From: a virus
Direction: 5' to 3' (one strand)
DNA length: 38,314 nt
Virus record (IMG/VR): IMGVR_UViG_3300042400_000292
Below, in pieces: positions 31,809 through 38,314 of the stretch. Below the pieces are notes generated by a model. The model did no database searches. It was not told where the DNA came from and saw only the letters and a list, made by a program, of their open reading frames with translations. The first letter of the stretch is position 1; every line of letters starts with the position of its first letter. Both the position numbers and the translations under genes were made by a program.

Positions 31809-33407
31809 ATGGCTCTTGCATTAAAAGATCGTGTTAAAGAAACAACTATTGTTGTAGGCACAGGAACAGCTACTTTATTAGGCTCTAGCATTGGATTTCA
31901 ACCTTTTTCTGTTGTTGGCAATGGCAATACTACTTATTATTGTATTTCAGATCAGTTTGGCTCTAACTGGGAAGTTGGTATTGGCACTTATTCAACCTCT
32001 GGAAATACACTTGCTAGAACAACGGTATTGGCATCATCAAATGGTGGAGCATTAGTTGTATTTACAGCTGGTGTTAAAGATGTATTTGTAACTTACCCTG
32101 CTGAAAAAGGTGTTTGGCTAGACGCTAGTGGAAACGCTATAGGACTTGGAACTCCTGCTGCATTTGTTGGCACTAATATTACAGGTACTGCTTCTGGCTT
32201 AACTTCTGGTAATGTTACTACTAACGCCAATCTTACAGGTGCTGTAACTTCTTCAGGCAATGCAACATCTTTAGGGTCTTTTACTTCTGCTCAACTAGCA
32301 CTTGCAATAAGCGATGAAACAGGGACTGGTAAAGCCGTATTTGCAACAAATCCAACATTGACATCGCCAACTTATGCAGGAACTCTTACAGGCTCTACTG
32401 ACATACTGAACATCGGCTCAGGTCAAGTCTATAAAGATGCGTCTGGTAAGGTAGGTATCAACGTAGTTCCTGCTGCTGGAACTAACGCAAAATTGCAAAT
32501 AACAGGGCTTGCAACAAATGCCACAACACTTGCTACAGCATATTCAGATGCGTCTTTGGTTGTAGTTCCAAAATCCACTTCAGGGTATTCACTTGCCATT
32601 GCTTCAGGAACTAGTGATTTCCCACAGTTGCAAGTTAGCGCAAATGGCGCAGCTTCTGGGGATTTATTGATCCAACCTTATGGCGGCAACGTGGGGATTG
32701 GAACTACAGCACCTAATAATAAGCTGACTGTGGGCACTTCAAATACAACGGTCGGTGCTAATTGTGTAGCTTCATTCTCAGGTGCAAATGTTGCAGCTTC
32801 AAACACTTCAGGAATGGTGGTTATCACACCCACAGACTCTATAGCTGCTAATATTGGCGGTTCTATCGGATTTGCAGCAAATGGAACGCTTGCTGGATAC
32901 CCAACAGGTTCTATAGCTGGTAGACGGGAGAACGCAACAGCAGGTGATTACTCAAGCTATATGCAATTTACAACTTGTAGTTCTGGCGGTTCAGTTCAAG
33001 AAAAAATGCGCATATCCTCATCAGGCATTGTTACTATGGCGGCTTATGGTGCAGGGGCAGCCACATTTTCTGCTTCTGGTGTTATTAGCTCTGTATCTGA
33101 TGAAACTTGGAAAATTAAAGATGGTATTCCAGTAAATCCAGATGAGATGATTCAAAAATTAAAGCCGGGGTATTGGTTTTACAATGCAGAAAAATCACCC
33201 ATATTTGGTACTGATAGGCAACTAGGTTTTTATGCTCAAAATGTCAATGAAGCTATTGGTATTGAAGCTGCTCCTGTACCTGAAGAGGGAAAACCTTGGG
33301 GTTATTACGATAGATCAGTTTTAGCAGTTACTGTTATGTCGTTACAAAAAGCATTGACAACAATAGAATCATTAACCGAAAGACTAACCGCATTAGAGAA
33401 TAAATAA
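31809..33407 (+). CDS. Tail fibre with a C-terminal S74 intramolecular-chaperone/autoprotease domain (532 aa)
   Basis: G/T/S/A-rich shaft and the GNVGIGTTAPNNKLTV motif. The C-terminal ~100 aa start at SDETWKIKD (nt 33096) and end in a coiled coil, as in Peptidase_S74 domains. Confidence 0.8.
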   Translation: MALALKDRVKETTIVVGTGTATLLGSSIGFQPFSVVGNGNTTYYCISDQFGSNWEVGIGTYSTSGNTLARTTVLASSNGGALVVFTAGVKDVFVTYPAEKGVWLDASGNAIGLGTPAAFVGTNITGTASGLTSGNVTTNANLTGAVTSSGNATSLGSFTSAQLALAISDETGTGKAVFATNPTLTSPTYAGTLTGSTDILNIGSGQVYKDASGKVGINVVPAAGTNAKLQITGLATNATTLATAYSDASLVVVPKSTSGYSLAIASGTSDFPQLQVSANGAASGDLLIQPYGGNVGIGTTAPNNKLTVGTSNTTVGANCVASFSGANVAASNTSGMVVITPTDSIAANIGGSIGFAANGTLAGYPTGSIAGRRENATAGDYSSYMQFTTCSSGGSVQEKMRISSSGIVTMAAYGAGAATFSASGVISSVSDETWKIKDGIPVNPDEMIQKLKPGYWFYNAEKSPIFGTDRQLGFYAQNVNEAIGIEAAPVPEEGKPWGYYDRSVLAVTVMSLQKALTTIESLTERLTALENK

Positions 33408-33408
33408 T

Positions 33409-33741
33409 ATGTCAATAACAAACACTTGGAATATCGTAGCCTTAAATTGCAAACCTGATGTCAACGGTATGCTTGATTATGTTGTTGTAGCACACTGGAC
33501 TTTAACAGCTACAGACGGAACTTATACAGGTTCAGTATACGGCACAGCATCTTTTGAAGTTGATCCTGATAAGCCTGACTATACACCTTATGCAGACTTA
33601 ACTTTAGATGAAGTCATTGCTTGGACACAAGCAGCATTAGGTGAAGAACAAGTAGCATCATATGAAGCAAACGTAGCAAGCCAAATTGAAGCGCAAATTA
33701 ACCCAACAATCGTAACACCACCTTTACCTTGGGTAGCCTAA
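33409..33741 (+). CDS. Hypothetical protein (110 aa) downstream of the fibre gene
   Basis: Track ORF starting 2 nt after the fibre stop. Ends PPLPWVA. Confidence 0.65.
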   Translation: MSITNTWNIVALNCKPDVNGMLDYVVVAHWTLTATDGTYTGSVYGTASFEVDPDKPDYTPYADLTLDEVIAWTQAALGEEQVASYEANVASQIEAQINPTIVTPPLPWVA

Positions 33742-33896
33742 TGATTAACCTAGAATTATCAGTACAAGAAATAAACTTAATCCTACAAGCATTGGGACAA
33801 GCTCCTTATGTGCAGGTTGCAGAACTTGTAGAGAAAATTAAAGCACAAGCTGTGCCTCAAGTTGAGGCATTACCTAAAGAAGAAACACCAGAATGA
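33741..33896 (+). CDS. Small ORF (51 aa)
   Basis: Below the track cutoff. TAATG overlap upstream and ATGA overlap downstream. MINLELSVQEINLILQALGQAPYVQVAELVEKIKAQ... Confidence 0.4.
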   Translation: MINLELSVQEINLILQALGQAPYVQVAELVEKIKAQAVPQVEALPKEETPE

Positions 33897-34054
33897 AAAT
33901 AGATTGGTCAGAAGCATCAACTAAACGTGGTCTTATTTGGGTAATTACAGCCGTTATAGGCGCAGTCTTTATCTTTCTGGGTAAGCCTATAGACCAGTTA
34001 TTGTTACTCGCTGGCGGGGTTGCTGGTGGCTTAGGTGTGATACTAAAAGACTGA
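33893..34054 (+). CDS. Holin candidate with two TM segments (53 aa)
   Basis: Below the track cutoff. MKIDWSEASTKRGLIWVITAVIGAVFIFLGKPIDQLLLLAGGVAGGLGVILKD. Lies just upstream of the spanin pair. Confidence 0.5.
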   Translation: MKIDWSEASTKRGLIWVITAVIGAVFIFLGKPIDQLLLLAGGVAGGLGVILKD

Positions 34055-34062
34055 GAGCATAT

Positions 34063-34167
34063 ATGATAAAGATGGATGAAGCTAATTGGACAGTAGTTAT
34101 TGTTATAACAGCAATGGCAGTTAGTCTAGGTGTAGTTTGTGTTATACAAACTTTCCTCCTCTGCTGA
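34063..34167 (+). CDS. Small TM peptide (34 aa)
   Basis: MIKMDEANWTVVIVITAMAVSLGVVCVIQTFLLC. Its TGA shares one base with the i-spanin ATG (TGATG). Confidence 0.35.
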   Translation: MIKMDEANWTVVIVITAMAVSLGVVCVIQTFLLC

Positions 34168-34646
34168 TGCCATACTTATTCGTTGGTATTATTGTTGCAA
34201 GTTTTGCTTCTGGCTATGGTGTTTCGCACCAGATAAGTAAAGCTGAAATTCAGCACATGTCTGATAGTATAACTGCACAGAATAGAGAAGCAGAACTACA
34301 GCTTGCGACGCTGACTGAGAAGGCTACCAAAGCTCATGATGAAGCTTTAAAACTTAACAAAGATTTGGAGGATGCTAATGTATCAGCGATCAATGCACTC
34401 AATAGTCAACGTGATTCTTTTAAGTCTGTGCGGATGTACGACAGCGGTAGGAAAAGTAGTAGTTGCGCCACAACAAAAAGTAATAGTTCCCAAGTCGTTA
34501 TTGAATCAGATGAAAATAGATACGAACTTTCAAACGAACTTACGGAATTTCTCAAGTCTGAAGCCTACAGAGCAGACCAAGTAGCAGAGTATGCTAAAAT
34601 ATGTCAAAAGTTTGTGGTGGATAATAATTGTGGGATAACTAAATAA
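34167..34646 (+). CDS. i-spanin (Rz-like, 159 aa)
   Basis: Track ORF trimmed to MPYLFVGIIVASFASG (N-terminal TM). Coiled-coil periplasmic domain with C-terminal Cys residues. It contains an embedded lipoprotein ORF. Confidence 0.65.
   Translation: MPYLFVGIIVASFASGYGVSHQISKAEIQHMSDSITAQNREAELQLATLTEKATKAHDEALKLNKDLEDANVSAINALNSQRDSFKSVRMYDSGRKSSSCATTKSNSSQVVIESDENRYELSNELTEFLKSEAYRADQVAEYAKICQKFVVDNNCGITK
34378..34584 (+). CDS. o-spanin (Rz1-like lipoprotein, 68 aa) embedded in another frame of the i-spanin gene
   Basis: Track ORF 34372..34584. SD GGAGG (34367-34371) lies 6 nt before ATG 34378. Signal MYQRSMHSIVNVILLSLCGC carries a lipobox-like LSLC/LCGC. The mature part is short and contains Pro. 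Confidence 0.6.
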   Translation: MYQRSMHSIVNVILLSLCGCTTAVGKVVVAPQQKVIVPKSLLNQMKIDTNFQTNLRNFSSLKPTEQTK

Positions 34647-35257
34647 TGTTTGGGCTAACCGCTTTTGCGCAATCTTCATTTTCTGATTTTGAGCATAATA
34701 CAACATCGTATGGAAATTATTTATACGCAGGATTAGACGCTAATATTCTTAATAATAGAAGCATAACTGCATTAAATGGTGTTTATAACTATACAGGATC
34801 GGCAAGCAGTTTACTTGTTAATAGAAACTTAACAGCAACCAGCGCAGTAAATAGGACGATTGCTTTTTCAGAATTACCTTTTGCTGGACTTGATTTAGTA
34901 ACACAAAATAAATCTTATACCTATATAGGATTAACATCAGATTTATTGGTTAATAGAAGTTTAAGCGCATTACATGGAACTTATGCTTATACAGGCATGA
35001 ATTCTGTTTTCTCTCAAACATTGACAGCATTAAATGGCGTTTATAACTATACAGGCAATAATGCAAGTTTACTTAAAGCTTTTAAAGTCTATGCCATTAA
35101 TGGTGAATATAATTATGTAGGCTTTACATCAAGAAGAAAGATATTTATTGGTAACTGGGAGATAGGAGAGGATTTTGTTGATGTATGGACTTGTCAGGAC
35201 GATAATACTTCATCAGTATGGACAAAACAAACACCACCAACTGCAACTTGGAATTAA
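34646..35257 (+). CDS. Structural protein built from ALNG.YNYTG repeats (203 aa)
   Basis: At least four copies of [ST]ALNG[VTE]Y[NA]Y[TV]G spaced ~25-50 aa apart, two followed by S.LLVNR.L. Near-identical ~30-bp DNA repeats sit at ~34779 and ~35025. Confidence 0.7.
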   Translation: MFGLTAFAQSSFSDFEHNTTSYGNYLYAGLDANILNNRSITALNGVYNYTGSASSLLVNRNLTATSAVNRTIAFSELPFAGLDLVTQNKSYTYIGLTSDLLVNRSLSALHGTYAYTGMNSVFSQTLTALNGVYNYTGNNASLLKAFKVYAINGEYNYVGFTSRRKIFIGNWEIGEDFVDVWTCQDDNTSSVWTKQTPPTATWN

Positions 35258-35260
35258 AAA

Positions 35261-35881
35261 ATGAATTATGCAGACATTGTAAGTTTAACGCTTGGTTATG
35301 CTGATAGGCAAGATACAGAGGTGACATCTCGCATTGATCTATTTATGCGTGTTACTGAGGCTCGTATTAATAGGCTTCTTATGACGCTTGATATGTCATG
35401 CAGAGCTACAACACCAATGAACAGCACAACTGAATATTATTCATTGCCAATCAACTATTCTGTTATGCGCTCTATTAAAGTTATTGATAATAATAACTCA
35501 AAAAGTAGAGTAACTTTGTTGCAAGTCAATCCAGAACAGATGGCGAACATTATTAACAATGGTGAAACACAATTTCCATGCTATACCGTTATTTCTGGAG
35601 ATATTCATGTACAACCTTTTTATGATAATACTCATTCACTAGAGATTGATTACTTTCAAACATTGCCACCATTATCAACTAGCATAACAACCAACTGGCT
35701 TTCTGACTCCAATCCAGATGCTTATATTTTTGGATTATTAGTTGAGATTAATAGCTTCATAAAAGATGCAAACTCAGCCACTATGTGGGACGCTAGATTT
35801 AATCAAGCATTAAGTGAAATAACAAACAATGATTCCAAGTCTACTTGGTCAGGCACTTCTTTAACTACTTTCCCAGGGTAA
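35261..35881 (+). CDS. Virion protein, possible head-tail adaptor / tail tubular-A-like (206 aa)
   Basis: Track ORF. The N-terminal ..YADRQDTEVTSRIDLFMRVTEARINRLL pattern recalls adaptor-like proteins of podoviruses. The functional call is weak. Confidence 0.6.
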   Translation: MNYADIVSLTLGYADRQDTEVTSRIDLFMRVTEARINRLLMTLDMSCRATTPMNSTTEYYSLPINYSVMRSIKVIDNNNSKSRVTLLQVNPEQMANIINNGETQFPCYTVISGDIHVQPFYDNTHSLEIDYFQTLPPLSTSITTNWLSDSNPDAYIFGLLVEINSFIKDANSATMWDARFNQALSEITNNDSKSTWSGTSLTTFPG

Positions 35882-35886
35882 ATATT

Positions 35887-36909
35887 ATGGGCTTAGAAGC
35901 AGGTACAACTATATCAAGTTTTATTACATCAAACCCAACCGAAACTGACCCAGTTAATCAGGGTGATAACCATATAAGATTAATAAAATCAGTTCTACAG
36001 GCACAGTTTCCTGGCTCTATTGGAACTGGATTTAATACTGCCATTACAGCAACTGAGGCTGAGTTAAATTCACTTCACAATAGTGGTATTGGAAACCTTG
36101 TTGCTAATGTACATGCAGATGGTTCTGGAAATGTTGGTATTGGCACAGCTAGTCCTGCTCAGAAACTACATGTAGCTGGAAATAGTTATGTATCAGGAAC
36201 AACATTACTTGCAGACGCAGGATTTATGTTTAACTCTGATGCATTACAAGATACAGGCATGTCATGGGCATCTGATGGCGTAATGAATGTTAGATGTAAT
36301 GGTGTTACTGTAGGGCAGTTTAATAGCACTGGTTTTACAGGAAACTCAGCAACAGCTAACAGTGCGACTAATGCTACCAATGCGACTAATGCCACCACCT
36401 CTACAACTTGTACAGGCAACTCAGCAACGGCTACTTATGCGCCTTTAATATCAAGTACAGCGCAAAGTCTTTCAGGTGCAACAGTATCATTTACTGGTAT
36501 TCCAAGCTGGGCTAAGCGCATTACAATAATGTGTACAGGACTTTCTACAAATGGAACTGCACCACCTTTAATACAATTAGGTTATGGTGCTACTACTTAT
36601 GCAACCTCTGGTTATTCGGGGGCTACTGATATGTTTCAATCAACTCCCAGCGCTTCATTAATTTCAGCAGGGATAAATCTTACTGGTGGCACTGCGGTAG
36701 CAGCAGATTCTTATCAGGGATGTTTAACATTAACTTTAATGACGGGAAATACATGGGTAGGGACATTTGTAGGCTCTCAAACAAACGCTGCACGATTATG
36801 CTTTACATCTGCATCAATAGGGTTACCTGCAACTTTAACTGCAATTCGGTTTTATATAAATGGCACTCAAGTGTTTGATGCTGGATCAGCTAACATAATG
36901 TACGAGTAA
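35887..36909 (+). CDS. Tail-fibre-like protein (340 aa)
   Basis: Track ORF trimmed to MGLEAGTTISSF. N-terminal NPTETDPVNQGDNHIRLIKSVLQAQFPG and the GNVGIGTASPAQKLHV motif are typical of fibre N-termini. Contains a NAT repeat tract. Confidence 0.7.
   Translation: MGLEAGTTISSFITSNPTETDPVNQGDNHIRLIKSVLQAQFPGSIGTGFNTAITATEAELNSLHNSGIGNLVANVHADGSGNVGIGTASPAQKLHVAGNSYVSGTTLLADAGFMFNSDALQDTGMSWASDGVMNVRCNGVTVGQFNSTGFTGNSATANSATNATNATNATTSTTCTGNSATATYAPLISSTAQSLSGATVSFTGIPSWAKRITIMCTGLSTNGTAPPLIQLGYGATTYATSGYSGATDMFQSTPSASLISAGINLTGGTAVAADSYQGCLTLTLMTGNTWVGTFVGSQTNAARLCFTSASIGLPATLTAIRFYINGTQVFDAGSANIMYE
36361..36396 (+). repeat. In-frame 9-bp tandem repeat x4 (SAT-NAT-NAT-NAT) inside the fibre-like gene
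   Basis: agtgcgact aatgctacc aatgcgact aatgccacc. Flanked by a 21-bp imperfect direct repeat encoding GNSATA (36340-36360 and 36414-36434). Confidence 0.8.
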
Positions 36910-36914
36910 TCCTA

Positions 36915-38314
36915 ATGCCATTATTAAAGATTAATAATTTAGGCGCACAAAATGTAAATTTTGACTTAGAACCTTGTGATCTTCCTCCTGAAGTATTTAC
37001 TTACGGGACAAATTACAGGCTTTTAAATAACAAGATTAAATCATCAAACATGTCTAAAACATTGGCTACACCACCAGCCAATTTTAAGGCAGGTTTAATC
37101 ATGTCAGTCAATGTGGCAAGCGGTAATTTTTATGTGCTACTAGGGCAGTCAGCAGCATGGGTATATAACGGTTCAGCATGGACAGCGATAACTTCTGCAA
37201 CTGGCTATCCTGGTATTAGTACAGATGGAGAGTTGTATTGGCAGGGATGTATGCTTGGAAGTATTCCGATTGTTAATAATAGACAGCATTATCCAGAATA
37301 TTGGTCGCCACAACAAACAACACAGATACTTAAACCTCTTAATTTTGATCCAACTCATACATGGCAAGCAAAAGGTTACAGCGCAAATGTTATAAGATCG
37401 CATAAAGACTTTTTATTTGCTCTTAATCTGTCAGAAGGAGGAACAACACTTCCATCAACTTACCGCTGGAGCAATCCTGCTGATGTAAATGGTCTACCTT
37501 ATACTTGGGACGAGTCAGACTTATCTGCCATAGCTGGGAAAGCATCTGTTGGTGGCGACATGGGCGCACTGGTAGATGGTAAAACATTAAGAGATAGTTT
37601 TATTCTTTATTCAGAAAGAGGAATTAACTTATTAAATTATGTTGGTGGAGAGTTTATTTGGCAACGTCAAGTATTAACGACTAATCATGGATTGTTGGCT
37701 AAAAACTGTGTAGCAGAAGCCAATGGATCACATTACTTTTTATCTGATGGCGATATATTATCTAATGATGGAAACTCTATACAGTCTATATTAAATAAAC
37801 AGTTAAAAACACGATTAACTAACAACATTGATACAACTTATTTTGCTAATTCATTTGCTTTAACCAATCCTATTACCAAAGAGATATGGTTTTGTATTCC
37901 AGAAGTAGGAAATAAGCTACCTAACATTGCGTTTATATTTAACTACGTTGACGGTACTACTTCAATTCGCAATATACCTTCATCAACAACAGGATTGACA
38001 TTTGGTGTGAATCTTGCAACACCTTTATTATGGAGCAATATATCAGACACTTGGGACACATCATCAAGGGTTTGGACATATGATCCAACATCAGTATTCT
38101 CTAAAACGATTGTAAGTACAAATAACGTCAATAGCGCAATAGTTTCACTAGAGCTAGACGATAACACTACTGTTCAAAATACGTTGCTAGAAAGGCTTAG
38201 TTTTGCCTTAGAAGGGCAGGAAGTGGTAACAACAACACAAAGTGTATACCCACACTTAACATCTAATGAATCAGTTAGTATTCAACTTGGATCACAAGAT
38301 TTTGTAGGTGGTGC
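36915..38314 (+). CDS. 5' part of the wrap-around virion structural gene (520 aa in total; possible tail hub/nozzle)
   Basis: ATG at 36915 with no stop up to the window end, so it is absent from the track. I read every codon. Its frame joins 1..290 after the terminal repeat is collapsed. Confidence 0.8.
   Translation, partial: MPLLKINNLGAQNVNFDLEPCDLPPEVFTYGTNYRLLNNKIKSSNMSKTLATPPANFKAGLIMSVNVASGNFYVLLGQSAAWVYNGSAWTAITSATGYPGISTDGELYWQGCMLGSIPIVNNRQHYPEYWSPQQTTQILKPLNFDPTHTWQAKGYSANVIRSHKDFLFALNLSEGGTTLPSTYRWSNPADVNGLPYTWDESDLSAIAGKASVGGDMGALVDGKTLRDSFILYSERGINLLNYVGGEFIWQRQVLTTNHGLLAKNCVAEANGSHYFLSDGDILSNDGNSIQSILNKQLKTRLTNNIDTTYFANSFALTNPITKEIWFCIPEVGNKLPNIAFIFNYVDGTTSIRNIPSSTTGLTFGVNLATPLLWSNISDTWDTSSRVWTYDPTSVFSKTIVSTNNVNSAIVSLELDDNTTVQNTLLERLSFALEGQEVVTTTQSVYPHLTSNESVSIQLGSQDFVGG
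38188..38314. repeat. Terminal direct repeat copy B, identical to 1-127
   Basis: See copy A. Confidence 0.95.

Noticed and set aside
31809-36909. The two fibre genes sharing GNVGIGT[TA][AS]P as the template/variable repeats of a diversity-generating retroelement
   Set aside because: No reverse transcriptase is present. The similarity is a short, widespread fibre motif rather than a ~100-bp adenine-mutated repeat pair.
1-38314. Searched for a lysogeny module (integrase, CI/Cro-type repressor pair, att site), tRNAs, toxin-antitoxin pairs and CRISPR/anti-CRISPR hallmarks
   Set aside because: No integrase or recombinase motifs were seen in any ORF, no cloverleaf-capable gaps exist, and no array is present. 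The small HTH proteins cannot be assigned as repressors or Aca-type regulators from sequence alone.

Overview
The window is one complete, circularly closed genome of a tailed dsDNA bacteriophage. Its unique length is 38,187 bp: bases 1-127 repeat exactly at 38188-38314, and a 520-codon structural gene reads straight through that junction. The genome is AT-rich, uses the standard code and relies on Shine-Dalgarno sites. It carries an embedded Rz/Rz1-type spanin pair, so the host is Gram-negative, probably proteobacterial. Two divergent arms leave a pair of overlapping sigma70-like promoters at 19828-19861. The leftward arm (19787 down to 7866, minus strand) encodes a Sak4-like ATPase, a free-standing HNH, an SSB-like protein and a YqaJ exonuclease. 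It continues with an IbrA-like PP-loop enzyme / EctC-family cupin / IbrB-like ParB cluster, an SF2 helicase, a VRR-NUC nuclease and about 20 tightly coupled small genes that include a tandem paralog family. The rightward arm (19902 through the junction to 7820, plus strand) encodes a toprim primase-helicase, an iteron/hairpin region, an AP2-HNH, terminase, portal, scaffold and major capsid protein. It then carries a lysis cassette split by a tail-fibre module, tail genes, and Q/N/G/M-rich internal virion proteins interrupted by a cupin and a GT-A-like enzyme, and ends at a strong intrinsic terminator (7839-7867). No integrase or repressor, DNA polymerase, RNA polymerase, tRNA or CRISPR array was seen. 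The best candidate for an undescribed system is the translationally coupled IbrA-like/EctC-like/IbrB-like cluster (13768-16529) inside the recombination-replication operon. All functional calls are motif-level recognitions made by eye from the translations, and none was verified by a database search.
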